From the NCBI GenBank assembly GCA_965223545.1, contig OZ245006.1, forward strand, positions 5,952,001-6,016,000: a stretch of DNA of 64,000 bases. The letters are read 5' to 3'. The notes under the pieces were generated by a model. The model was not told the DNA's origin and made no database searches. It saw only the letters and a list, made by a program, of their open reading frames with translations. The DNA is from Planctomycetota bacterium. GTDB lineage: Bacteria; Planctomycetota; UBA1135; UBA2386. The translations under genes were made by a program, and so were the position numbers. This document shows, one piece after another, positions 38,002-48,540 of this stretch (the stretch's first letter is position 1; the number at the start of each line of letters is the position of its first letter).

Positions 38002-41000
38002 TCAGAGTCCGCCGACGATCTCCAACCCAGCGGAGAAGCTCAGCAGCCCGCGATACGCTCCCTGCGGATCGAGCACGCCGTACTGGGCGTGGAACATCGC
38101 TCCCGCGAGGCTCGGCACGACGGGCAGGAGCACCGCCGCGGCGCCGGTGGCATCCGTGAAAGTCGGGACTGCCACCAGTGGTGGCTGGGTCCAGAGCCGG
38201 CAGCCACCACCCAGCGCGAGCCGTCCCCGCCCGAGCGCCAGCGTCATCGCGGCTGGGGAGCCGGGGCGGGCCAGGCGCAGCTCGACCGCAAACGGTGCCG
38301 TCGCGCTGGCGCGCGGCTCACCGCGCACGTCGATCGTCGGCACGACTCCGCCGGTTCCGGGACAACCCGAGCCGTACACCTCGGCCGCGTAGTCCCCGGT
38401 CTCGAGCAAGTCGAGCGCGTGCAGCTCTTGGCCGGTGAAGCCGTCGGACGCCGTGAAGACGACTCGGGTGCCGGTGCGCACGAAGCCGCCTGCGTAGCTG
38501 TGCAGCGGCGCGATGTCGCGCAAGAGTCGCGTCCCCGCAGCCGTGCCGTCGGTGATCCAGGGTTCGTTGCCGAGGACGCCATCGTCCGCGTTGAACACCT
38601 GCCGCGTTGCCCCGGGCATGCTCCACGTGCGGTTCGACGTGTCGGTCGGCCCCAGCTTGCGCAGAATCGCGGTCCCGGTGCTGCTGCCGTCGGTGCGCCA
38701 CAGCCAGGTCGCGGTGCCGTCGTCGGTGATGAACACCAGCTCTCCACCGGCCGGTCGCAATGGCGAGGCCACGCCGGGAACATCGCGCACCTTTTGCGTG
38801 CCGGCCGCCGTGCCATTGGTCTTCCACAGCGCGTCGCCGCCGTCCGTCGTGAAGAACAGGAGCTCGCTGCCCAACACCTGCAAGCCGAAGGGCCTGCTCG
38901 CTGCGGGGCCTGGCACCAGGTCGGCGAACAACGACGTCCCCATAGGCGTGCCGTCCGATCGCCAGAGCTCACGCCCGTTCACACCGTTGTCCGCATCGAA
39001 GTACACGTAGTTGCCGAAGCCCGTGGGCGCGAAGAAGTGGGTCGAGGTGGTGACGCCGGCGGCGATGTCACGCAGCAATCGCGTGCCCCCCGGTGTGCCA
39101 TCGGTCACCCACGGCTCTTGCCCCGTGGCTTGGCTGTTGCCGAGAAAGTAGACCCGGCCGTTCCACTCGGTGAAGTTCGTGCTGAAGGGGGTGGAGCCGG
39201 CAGGGCCCGGGTTCGCATCGGTGATCAAAGCCGTTCCCTGCGCGGTGCCGTCCGAGATCCAGGGCTCGACGCCGTGGGTGCCGTCGTCGGCGGCGAACAC
39301 CACCCGATCTCCGAGTCGGGCCGAGCCGCGCGGAAACGATGACCCGAGGCCGGGGCGGAGGTCGGCGAGCAGACGCGTACCGGCCAACGTGCCGTCGGAG
39401 ATCCAGAGCTCGGTCCCCGCGATTCCGCCGCTACCGGCAAACAGGAAGAAGTCGTCGAGAGGCTCGAACAGCCCTCCGGTGGTGCCGGCGAGCAACGCAG
39501 TGCCAGCGGTCGTGCCGTTGGTCTGCCACAGACCCCGCCGGTTGGCAGAATCGGTCGCAGCCCAGTACGCGAGGCCGTCGAACGTCCCCAACGGGGTCGG
39601 CGATGAGCCGCGGTTGAGCGGCGATGGGTTGATGTCGAGCAGTCGCCTGGTCCCCGCCGTCGTCCCGTCGCTGACCCACGGTTCGCGCCCGACTTGGCCG
39701 TCATCGGCAGTGAACAGGAGCGTACTACCGATCGGTGTCGGCTCGTACGGAGTCGATCCCGCGACACCAGGGCGCACGTCCTTGAGCAGCACGGTGCCGG
39801 CGGCCGTGCCGTCCGTCTTCCACATCTCGTGCCCGGTGGGTCCGGTGGCGGCGAAGTAGACCTCGTTGTTGAAGCTGGCCCCGCCGCCGGAGTTGCCCGC
39901 TAGCTGTGGCCCGAAGTCGAGGATCCAGGAGGTGCCGGCGGAAGTGCCGTCGGTTCGGACCAGGCCCCGCACGAAGAGGGAGCGACGGGCCGCGAAGATC
40001 AGCTCGTTGTTGCCCAGCGGCGCGATGAAGTCCGGCTCCGACCCCAACCACCAACTTCCGCCGCCGGGAGTCAGGTCGGCCAAGAGCTTCGTGCCCGCGA
40101 TGGTGCCGTCCGTGACCCAAGGCTCCTCGGCGTAGGCCGAGGTGTCGGCGGTGAAGTACGCCGTTTTGCCGACCACGAAGATCTCGCGGATCGCGGCGCG
40201 CCCGGGGCCGGGCTCCAGCTCGCCCAAGTGTCGCGTTCCGGCCGGCGTACCGTCGGTGATCCACAGCTCACCGGAGCTCACGTTGTCGTAGCCTGCGAAC
40301 AGTACCTGGTTGCCGAACGAGCGCATCGTGTGGCCGTAGAGCTGCCCGAGCCTGGCCGTGCCGGCAGTTGTCCCGTCGCTCGTCCAAACCTCGAAGTTGG
40401 AGTTGGGGTCCGCCACGGTGAATACGACTCGCTGGCTCGCGGCTGCGATCCAGCGCGGGCCAGAGGGATAGGCAGCCGCGCCGGGCACGATGTCCTTGAC
40501 CAGGCGCGTGCCGGTGGCGGTGCCGTCGGTCACCCACAGCTCGGCGCCGGTGCGGCCGTCGTTGGCGTAGAAGAAGACGTGGTTGCCGGCGCGCGTGAGC
40601 GAGTTGGGAGCGGACCCGGTCGGCCCCGCAATGATGTCGGCCACCAGCGTTGTGCCTGCCGCAGTGCGTCGGTCTTCCACAGCTCGTGACCCGTTGCCGG
40701 TGTCGTCGCGGTGAAGAGGACCTCACCGGTCGGCAACGCGCTGAAGTTGCCGGGGAACGACCCGCGGTAGCCGGGAAACAGATCGATCACCAGGCGCGTG
40801 CCGGCGGTGGTCCCATCGGTGAACCAGAGCTCTCGTCCGGTTTCGAGCCTTTCCGCGCAGAACAGCGCGCCTCCCAGCCCCGGCCACAGCGTGGCGGGTG
40901 ACGACGTGCGCACCACGGGATCCGGCACCTGGTTGATGTCCGCGATCAGGGTCTGGCCGTGCGCGACGGACGCGGTGGCGCACAGCGCAGCCAACGACTT

Positions 41001-41018
41001 CGTCAGGTAGCGATTCAA
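38002..41018 (-). pseudogene. ELWxxDGT-repeat secreted protein interrupted by a single-base frameshift near 40667 (pseudogene or sequencing error)
   Basis: ORFs 40530-41018 and 38002-40680 both carry ELW/EPWxTDGT repeats; restoring one G (GACG[G]CACT on the minus strand) gives ELWKTDGTAAGTTLVADI and one continuous ORF. Confidence 0.85.
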
Positions 41019-42019
41019 GATTCTCTCCCATCTCCAATGTTCGTCACCGTGTGTGGCTCACACGCAACCGGTCCAGAGTAGCCGACGCTGCGTGGTCTAG
41101 CCATCCGCTCGGTCTTGGCCCTCGGCTTCGACGGCGCTGGCTGCAGCTGCCAGCGATTCCGCGCCGGGTCGTAGCTGCCCGCGCCGTAGCCGCCCCCGCG
41201 CACGCGGCGGCCGCCCACGATCTCGATTGCGCCGTCGCGCACCACCGCCGCCGGCATCACCAGCCAGTGCGGCGACCGGGTGATCTCCGTCCAGGCGTCG
41301 GCCTCCGCGTCGTAGCACAGGCTTGCGGCTTCGGCGAATACGAACAGGCGATGCCCCACGACTGCCACCACCGCGAACTTGGCGTGGAGCGCGACCGGTG
41401 GGGGAGCGCACGCGCTCCAGCGCTCGCCGTCGAACGCGGCGTGCCCGGACGGCGCTGCACCGAGACCGCCGACGCAGTGCAGGCGGTCGCCGACCACCGC
41501 GAAGACGTGCAAGTGATCGCCGGGCGCGAAGCCGGGGGGCGGGGTCGCTGCCGAGACCATGCCCGTCGCGGGGTCGAACACGACGTGGCCCGATCGGTCG
41601 TCTGGAATGCCACCCAGCACGTGCAGGCGTCCCCGGAACGCCGCCACCACGTGGTGCGACCGCGGCAGCTCGCCGTCGTCGTACACCGTGGACCACGCAT
41701 CCGCGGCGGGGTCGTAGCGTTCGATCGTCGTGCCAACTGCGTACAGGAAGCCGTCGATCACACTCGAGCCAAAGAACGTCCGGCCCAGGGCCATCGGCGC
41801 GCGCGCCGTCCACTGCGCTTCGCCCGGCGACCAGGCCAACACCTCGCGGGTGCCGTGGTCCCGTTCCTCGCGCGCGGAACCGCCAACCACATACACCGTG
41901 TCGCCGATCAGATGCGCCCGGTGGCCGTGCCGCTCGAGCAGGGGAGGCTCCTGGCCTTGGAGGCCCGCCACGAGGCAGGCGATCGCCAAGAGTCGCGATT
42001 GCGCACCGCACCCGGACAT
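41015..42019 (-). CDS. Secreted Kelch-repeat protein
   Basis: Kelch motifs VYVVGG, IERYDPAADAW, LHVLGG, YDPARNRW; signal peptide; stop overlaps the start of the ELWxxDGT gene. Confidence 0.82.
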   Translation of the reverse strand: MSGCGAQSRLLAIACLVAGLQGQEPPLLERHGHRAHLIGDTVYVVGGSAREERDHGTREVLAWSPGEAQWTARAPMALGRTFFGSSVIDGFLYAVGTTIERYDPAADAWSTVYDDGELPRSHHVVAAFRGRLHVLGGIPDDRSGHVVFDPATGMVSAATPPPGFAPGDHLHVFAVVGDRLHCVGGLGAAPSGHAAFDGERWSACAPPPVALHAKFAVVAVVGHRLFVFAEAASLCYDAEADAWTEITRSPHWLVMPAAVVRDGAIEIVGGRRVRGGGYGAGSYDPARNRWQLQPAPSKPRAKTERMARPRSVGYSGPVACEPHTVTNIGDGRES

Positions 42020-42082
42020 GCGGACAGGATCGCAGATCCCGGTTGCCTTCGCGAGTCGCACCACGGAGTGGCTTCCGGCGCC

Positions 42083-45000
42083 TCACCAGCTCAGTGTCAC
42101 GCGGTGGGTGCGGCCGGTGTTCACCATCTCGAGGCTCACCACACCGCCCTCCGCAGTGTAGCTGGTGATCCCTGGGTTCTGCCCCGGCGCGAGCTGCGTC
42201 CACTGCGAGGGATCGCTGCTGCCAGCATCGTTGAGATAGACCGCCGGCGACCAGTTCTGCACCTGGGGAAAGGTGAGCGAGAGCCGCGTGACGTCGCCGG
42301 TGTCGAGGTCGTCCATCGCCACGTCGACGCGGTTGACCGCGTGGTTGGGGCCGTGCTGCAGCGTGACCGCGTAGATGAAGTCCGGCCCGCTGGCCTGCGC
42401 CGGTCGCACGATGACCGGCAGCTGGCGGATCTGCTGGCCACCCTGCCCGGACGTGTAGGTGTAGGCGTCCCAGCCGAGGTGCTGCTCGCGCAGGAACGTC
42501 GCTCCGGGGAGGTCGCCCTGCACCAGCCAGTTGGTCGTGTTCTGGTACGAGTAGAGCTGCAAGTGGCCGAACTTGAACGGCGACAGCCACGCGTTCTCGC
42601 CCAAGAGCACGTCCGGCGTGCCGGCGCTGCCGGTGAGGTGCATCATCGGGTGGTTGGTGATCAGGGTGTGCGCGGGGTACTGGCCGTTCGAGAGGCTGCC
42701 GTCGACGTCGTGGATCGCGATGCCCCACACCTCGGGCACGTTGTGCAACGGATTCGACGTCGGGAAGCTGCCGAACTTGACGACAGGCGTCAGGCCGCCG
42801 TCGAAGCTCAGATCCTCGACCAGGTGGTTCGGGTGCCGGCGCGCGGCGCCGAACTTGTCGAAGAACAACCTCGCTCCGGCGCCGTCGTAGCCGACCAAAT
42901 GGCAGTCGAACATGCGGAACGGTCCGTCGTAGACGACCTGCGCGAAGCCCTGCTGGAACGGATCCGGAGACTGAGTGCCGAAGATGCCGTTGCCGGTGTC
43001 ATACACCAAGACCGAGTCCTCGAGGATGAACGAGCACGCGACCTGCATGTGGCCGCCGTTGTCGGCGAGGACGCAGCCAGTGAACGTGACTTCGTCGGTG
43101 AAGGTGCTGCCCGACCCCTCGCCAGCGTAGATGCCGGTGGTGCAGCCATAGGCGGTGAACCTCTGAATCGTCTGCGGATCGTAGAGGGCGCCGCTGGGGT
43201 CCCAGGACCGGTTTCTCCAGATGAAGTCATCCAGTGGGTCCCAAGGCGTCACGTGCGCGGTGTTGAAGGGCTCTTGGCCGACCGGGTGGTCGCGGAGCGA
43301 GTCGTTGACGTCGAACGCACTCTTGCAGCTGTGGCTGACGTTGTCGGCGAAACTGCCGAGCGGCGCCTCCATCGCGATGACGCCGGCGAACAGGGGTTCC
43401 CACGGCCACGTCGCCGAGGTTCCGGTCGGCAGGTTGTGGAGCGCGAACCAGTAGCCGGTGCCGACGGTCTCGGCCGCCACGTTGCCGGTGAAGTGGTTCG
43501 TCGGATGGCTGATCCAGAACGCCGCCGGCGTCCGGTTCTGCGGTTGGTTCATCACGCCGACCAACGGCTTGTTGTCGTGGATCAGCAGCTGGTCACCCTC
43601 CTCCGGACGCCTGGTGAACACCACCAGGTTGCGGTGCACTTGGTTCTCCTGCTCGACACCGTCCTCGAGGAAGATGCCGTGTCCCAAGTGGTCGAAGCAG
43701 ACGTTGTCTTCGACCGCGACCCGGTTCGATCCGTGCAGCGTGATGGCGCGGTTGAAGCTGCCGTGGACGCTGCAGTTGCGGATGAACTGGCCGGCGCCGT
43801 TGTCGCGCTGCATGTGCCAGTGCATCGGGTAGCGCGCGAGCGTCTTCTTCTGGCCCAGGCCGGCGAGCTCGACATTGGAGAAGCGGCCCACGCCGTGCGC
43901 GCCCGTCGCATCGCCCATCAGCATCACGTGGCCGCCGAAGGTCGATTCTGGTGCCAAGTCGCTGACGACGCGGACGTTGTGGCTCAGCAGGCCGACCTCG
44001 GCGCGCTGGTCGAGCGTCCAGCTGCGTTCGTCGGAGGTGCCCGGATGGGCAGTGAAGGTCTGCGCCGGTGCGCTGCAGTGCGCTGCGGCGTCGAGGACGA
44101 CGTCGAGCGTCAGCGCGCCGGTCGTGGCATCGATTGCGGTGATCGTGCAGCGCCGGCTGCGCGGGGTGGCGAGCTGCTGGTAGTTGGTGTCCATGTAGCC
44201 GGTGAAGACGACGACCAGCTCGTCGTTGACTTGCCAACCCATGCAGTCATCCACGGTGATCACGGTCGTCGGGGCGGTCGAGAAGGAGTTGTCGAGCGAC
44301 GCGAGCTTGGTCCAACTCTGCGTCGGAGCACCGTGTAGGTCGATCTGGCCGCCTGCGGCCGCGGCGAGGAACTTGGTGCCGGGGCCGGGCGTGATCTCGT
44401 TCGGATTCTCGCCCGTGAGCACGATCTCGAAGAGGTCCACGAACGGATTCTGCTCAGTGCCGACCCGCAGGTGCCCGGCGTCCTGGCTCCCGACGTCCTG
44501 GTCCACCAGGATCCAGCGCGCCGTCAGCGACCCGTCCTGGTCGTGGGCCATGAGTACCCCCTGGCACTGGACGGACTTGGCGACGCACGCGCCGTCCATC
44601 TCGACCGCCACTCCGGGCGGGATGTAGACGTCGTCCGTGGCGTCGGGGATGCCGTTGTCCCAGCTGCTTGCGTCGTTCCACGCCGGAATCGGGTCGAGCA
44701 GGACTTCGTCGAACAGGGCGATGTGGTCGCCCGAGCCGACCAGCCCGGCGAACACGACTTCCTTGGGGCCGAGCGCACCGGGCTGCACGCGGAACGGCGC
44801 CGTTGCGTACTCGGCGTACTCGCCGTCGGGCAGCTGCAGCTCGAACACGTTTTCACCCGCCACCGTGACGCGCAGTACTTGTACATCGGGGCCCTGTGTC
44901 CGCACGCGCTGCGCCGCCTGGAATCGCAGCTTCCACAGGCCGGCACTGGGGAAAGTGAACGAGCACCGCGCGGTGCCGAGGCCGTGCAGGAACGCGACCC

Positions 45001-45322
45001 GGCGGCCATCGGGCGCATTCTCACTCAGCGTCAGCAGCGACGAGTTGTTGTGGGCGATGCCGGAGCCGCTCACCACCGCCGGGCTGCCGGCTGGCACATG
45101 GTGGAACGCGAAGGGATCGAAATTCCAGGGCGCCCACACCGGGTCGTACTCGTGGCCGGTGACCGTCGGTTTCTCGAACCGGCCACTCGCGTCCGGAAAG
45201 TCGCTGGTCGTCGCCTGCGCGGTCGTGGTGGGGGGGAACCCTTGCGCCTGCGCGTCGAGCGGCGACGTGGCGGCGAGGGCGGTGAGGGGAGCGAGCAGCG
45301 CGCGGGGGAGAGAGAGCGTCAT
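42083..45322 (-). CDS. Secreted G8-domain / parallel beta-helix protein (CEMIP/TMEM2-like architecture)
   Basis: Signal peptide from ATG 45322; G8-like LRVGTEQNPF..IDLHG..SWTKL; AEVGLLSHNV, GGHVM, RYPMHWH, GHGIFLEDG, FWISHPTN. Confidence 0.82.
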   Translation of the reverse strand: MTLSLPRALLAPLTALAATSPLDAQAQGFPPTTTAQATTSDFPDASGRFEKPTVTGHEYDPVWAPWNFDPFAFHHVPAGSPAVVSGSGIAHNNSSLLTLSENAPDGRRVAFLHGLGTARCSFTFPSAGLWKLRFQAAQRVRTQGPDVQVLRVTVAGENVFELQLPDGEYAEYATAPFRVQPGALGPKEVVFAGLVGSGDHIALFDEVLLDPIPAWNDASSWDNGIPDATDDVYIPPGVAVEMDGACVAKSVQCQGVLMAHDQDGSLTARWILVDQDVGSQDAGHLRVGTEQNPFVDLFEIVLTGENPNEITPGPGTKFLAAAAGGQIDLHGAPTQSWTKLASLDNSFSTAPTTVITVDDCMGWQVNDELVVVFTGYMDTNYQQLATPRSRRCTITAIDATTGALTLDVVLDAAAHCSAPAQTFTAHPGTSDERSWTLDQRAEVGLLSHNVRVVSDLAPESTFGGHVMLMGDATGAHGVGRFSNVELAGLGQKKTLARYPMHWHMQRDNGAGQFIRNCSVHGSFNRAITLHGSNRVAVEDNVCFDHLGHGIFLEDGVEQENQVHRNLVVFTRRPEEGDQLLIHDNKPLVGVMNQPQNRTPAAFWISHPTNHFTGNVAAETVGTGYWFALHNLPTGTSATWPWEPLFAGVIAMEAPLGSFADNVSHSCKSAFDVNDSLRDHPVGQEPFNTAHVTPWDPLDDFIWRNRSWDPSGALYDPQTIQRFTAYGCTTGIYAGEGSGSTFTDEVTFTGCVLADNGGHMQVACSFILEDSVLVYDTGNGIFGTQSPDPFQQGFAQVVYDGPFRMFDCHLVGYDGAGARLFFDKFGAARRHPNHLVEDLSFDGGLTPVVKFGSFPTSNPLHNVPEVWGIAIHDVDGSLSNGQYPAHTLITNHPMMHLTGSAGTPDVLLGENAWLSPFKFGHLQLYSYQNTTNWLVQGDLPGATFLREQHLGWDAYTYTSGQGGQQIRQLPVIVRPAQASGPDFIYAVTLQHGPNHAVNRVDVAMDDLDTGDVTRLSLTFPQVQNWSPAVYLNDAGSSDPSQWTQLAPGQNPGITSYTAEGGVVSLEMVNTGRTHRVTLSW

Positions 45323-45708
45323 GACCGGTTTCCGTGGTGGCGCGACGGGGAGGGGTCGGCCGTGTCTCCCGGGTGCGGGAATGGGTGGACCGTCACGCGC
45401 AAATCGGCGATCCGGATTGCGACTCGGCTCCGACACCTTGCACGGGGCAGCGCTGCGGCTCAACTCGACCCAGCGGGTGTTCGGCATCGACCTCGGACCT
45501 TTGCCGCTGCTGCCGTCCGAACCACCGATGACGGCCGAGGTGCGCACTCGTTGGGAGACGGCTCCGTTTCGTGACCTCGTCGTCGATGGTCGCGCTGTGA
45601 CCCACGGTTGGCCGCGATCGTCGCGAGTTGGTGACACCGCGGGTGCCGCCCGCGGCCGCGGTCGCGGCGTGATACCTTGGGTGGCCCACGAGGTTGCCCG
45701 CCGAATCC

Positions 45709-48111
45709 ATGCCCCACCGCCCGCTCTTGCTCTCGCTCGCCCTCCTCGCCGCATCGCTGGCCGGCCAGCGGCCGCAGGCCTACCTCGATCCGATCAGTGC
45801 CGCGCCCGGGGAGCAGGTGACGGTGCACGTGTCGTCGTCGTCGTCCGCGGTCGTCGCCATCGTGTTCCACGCGCGCTCGTTCGCGCAGCGGGTCGAGGTG
45901 CTGCGGTTGCCGGCGGTCGTTGGTGAGACTCGCACGACCGAGCGCGGGTCGTACGCGTTCGCCGCCAGTACACCGGCGCTGCAGATCACCGGTGCGATCA
46001 CGCTCGAGGCCTGGGTGCGGCCGCTGCTCGCCGGCAATGGTCGATTCCAGGGCATCGTCTCGAAGTACGACTCACCCGGCGATTGCGCCTACAACCTCTA
46101 CCTGATGCCGGGTGGTGAGGTGGCGTTCTACCTCGGCGACGCGGCGGCGTTCTCCACTGCCAACCGCTTGGTCAGCTCGCGGCCGCTGGCCAACCGGCGG
46201 TACACGCACGTCGTGGCGACGTGGGACGGCACCACCAAGCGCATCTATCTCGACGGGCAGCTCGACGTCAGCGAGGACTGGGCGGGGCCGCTGTACACGA
46301 ACGCGCAGCCGGTGCGCGTTGGCAAGTACGGCACCGGCGGCGAGCTCTTCGACGGGCAGCTCGACGCGCCCGCGATCTACGACCGCGCACTGTCGGAGAG
46401 TGAGATCGCGCAGCGCACCGCCGAGCGCGCCAGCTACGGCGCCACTTCGACGGGCGTGCTGCCGGGGACGGTCGCCCTTTGGTACTGCGATGAGCTCGAA
46501 GGCACGACTCTGGCCGACGCCAGCGGCAACGGCCATGACCTGACCATCGTCAACAACGCGGCGCGCGGCGTGGCCGGCCCCGCGCCGCGCACCGGCCCGC
46601 TGCAGAGCCGCGCCGTGCGCTTCGCGCGCGATGACCTGTTCAACCCGCAGTGGCCCGCGACCTTCCGTTTCACCGTCGACGCGTCGTGGCCGAGCGGTTT
46701 CTACTACGTGCAGGTCAACGACCTCAACGGCCGCCGCAAGCTGCCGTTGGTGGTGCGGCCGGACCCGGCGCGCCGCAACCGGATCGCCGTGCTCGCCGCC
46801 ACCAACACCTGGCACGCGTACAACTCTTGGGCGGGCAACAGCCTCTACACCAAGCACGCCAACGGCGAGATCTGCTACTACGTCGGCATGCGCCAGCCCA
46901 ACCCAGGGGCCGAGGTCGATGTGCACACTCCCGGCGTCGGCATCGCCCACCTGGTGGATGCGGAGCGCTATCTGTACGAGTGGCTCGATGGGCACGGCTA
47001 CGCCTTCGACCTGCTCAGCGATCTCGACCTGCACCGAGACGCGGCGCTGTTGTCCAACTACGACGTGCTGATCCTCAACGGGCACAGCGAGTACTGGAGC
47101 CACGAGATGATCGACCACGTCGAGGCGTTCCAGGCGGCGGGGGGCTCGGTGGTCAACCTGTCGGGCAACACGATGTGGTCGCTGGTGACCTTCGATTCCA
47201 GCCTGTCGGTCATGGAGGGGCGCAAGCACCCGCACGGGTCGGGCACCATTCCGGCCAGCGAGCGGTGGCACAGCCAAGCGGGTGGTGTGCTCGGCGGCAC
47301 GCTGCGCTGCATCGGCCGGCCGGAGCACGCGGTGATCGGTACCGGCTACGGCATCGGTGGCGGCGCCGCGCGCGGTTGGTGCGTGGTGACCGATCCGGCG
47401 CACTGGGTGTTCGCCGGCACCGGAGTGCGCGCCGGCGACCGCTTCGGCGAGAGCGGGCTCAACGGGGGCTCGATGATGGGCTTCGAGGTCGATGTCGTCG
47501 ACCCGCAGTGGACCCCGCCGAACGCGCAGCGGATCGCCGTGGGTGCCTACCCGACGCCGACCTTTCAGCTCGGCATCACCAACTGCCAGACGCGGACGAG
47601 CTGGAACGTGACCGAGGGCGGCGACGTGCTGTACTTCGACCATCCCGGCGGCGGTGCGGTCTTCGGCATCCCGAGCGTGACCGCCGGTGGCTCGCTGGTC
47701 GTCGACGCCGTGGCGACGCGCATGCTGCAGAACGTGCTCGCCCGCTTCTTGGCGCCGCGCGCATCGTGTGCCTTTCGCAACGGCAGCGGCGTCAACCCGA
47801 CCGGCTTCGACTGCGTGACGATGCCCGTGCTCGGCGCGGTGTGGCGCACCGAAGTGGCGACGGTGGCGAGCACGGTGAGCACCGGCGTCGGCCTCGCGGC
47901 GGCCGCGGCGCAGGTGCCGTTCGCCGGCGGGGAGCTCTTGTTGGGCACCGACCCGCCACCGGTGTTCTTGTCCGGCATCGGCAGCCACTCCGTGACCATT
48001 CCGTACCTCGGCGCCCTGCTCGGCGCGCCGCTGACCAGTCAGGGGTTTCGCGTCGATTCGGGTCCGCGCCTCGTGTTGTTGAACGCGCAGGACTTGGTCG
48101 TCGGCCGCTGA
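45709..48111 (+). CDS. Secreted N,N-dimethylformamidase beta-subunit-like protein with an inserted LamG-like domain
   Basis: Signal peptide; LamG TLEAWVRP..THVVATWDG..YLDG; TNTWHAYNSW, GHSEYWS, LSGNTMW, HWVFAGTG, GFEVD. Confidence 0.82.
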   Translation: MPHRPLLLSLALLAASLAGQRPQAYLDPISAAPGEQVTVHVSSSSSAVVAIVFHARSFAQRVEVLRLPAVVGETRTTERGSYAFAASTPALQITGAITLEAWVRPLLAGNGRFQGIVSKYDSPGDCAYNLYLMPGGEVAFYLGDAAAFSTANRLVSSRPLANRRYTHVVATWDGTTKRIYLDGQLDVSEDWAGPLYTNAQPVRVGKYGTGGELFDGQLDAPAIYDRALSESEIAQRTAERASYGATSTGVLPGTVALWYCDELEGTTLADASGNGHDLTIVNNAARGVAGPAPRTGPLQSRAVRFARDDLFNPQWPATFRFTVDASWPSGFYYVQVNDLNGRRKLPLVVRPDPARRNRIAVLAATNTWHAYNSWAGNSLYTKHANGEICYYVGMRQPNPGAEVDVHTPGVGIAHLVDAERYLYEWLDGHGYAFDLLSDLDLHRDAALLSNYDVLILNGHSEYWSHEMIDHVEAFQAAGGSVVNLSGNTMWSLVTFDSSLSVMEGRKHPHGSGTIPASERWHSQAGGVLGGTLRCIGRPEHAVIGTGYGIGGGAARGWCVVTDPAHWVFAGTGVRAGDRFGESGLNGGSMMGFEVDVVDPQWTPPNAQRIAVGAYPTPTFQLGITNCQTRTSWNVTEGGDVLYFDHPGGGAVFGIPSVTAGGSLVVDAVATRMLQNVLARFLAPRASCAFRNGSGVNPTGFDCVTMPVLGAVWRTEVATVASTVSTGVGLAAAAAQVPFAGGELLLGTDPPPVFLSGIGSHSVTIPYLGALLGAPLTSQGFRVDSGPRLVLLNAQDLVVGR

Positions 48112-48143
48112 CCGGACGCGGGAGCTCTCTCTCGGAAGCGAAT

Positions 48144-48540
48144 CTCAGCGCGGCCGGGGCCGCAAACACGGAGCATTCCGCGACCCGAGCGTCGGTCGCG
48201 GGTCCCGCGGTCGCCGGCGGCCGCGCTGAGCCCAGAGGCCAGTGTTGTCTTCGAGCCTCCGGGAGCTGCGTTGTCGAAGTTCCAGCGCTATCGAGCCTTT
48301 CGAAAGGTTGTCGCCGCGCGAAGATTTGCGGACCCGGAGGCTCAGCGCGGCCACGGCCGCAACCAAACTCGGATGCCGCTCTTGCCGGAGCGGCTTTGAA
48401 GGCCTGACCCATCCGCCGCCGCGCTGAGCCAGGAGGCACTGTCTCTCCGAGCCTCCGGCGCGGCGGCGTTGTCGCCATGGCAGCGACGTCGCCTCGAGAA
48501 TGTTGTCGAAGCTCGAAGATTCGAGGCGCCGGAGGCTCAG
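48144..48540. repeat. Two tandem ~196-bp structured repeat units (BIME/REPIN-like)
   Basis: Core CTCAGCGCGG at 48144 and 48341, its inverse CCGCGCTGAG at 48221 and 48419, partial core at 48536; internal GAGCCTCCGG..CCGGAGGCTC stems. Confidence 0.85.

Noticed and set aside
41051..44338. 1095-aa plus-strand ORF and many other long overlapping ORFs (for example 513-2714, 54005-56335, 10723-13347)
   Set aside because: Antisense or off-frame shadows of well-supported genes in high-GC DNA; Arg/Ala/Gly-rich with no recognisable motifs
48242..48427. Small ORFs MLSSSLRELRC... here and at 59290-59472 as a peptide family
   Set aside because: They are translations of the DNA repeat, with no RBS, and similarity ends at the repeat boundary
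48144..48540. Possible CRISPR array
   Set aside because: Cores alternate in orientation, the intervening segments are homologous rather than unique spacers, the period is ~196 nt, and there are no cas genes
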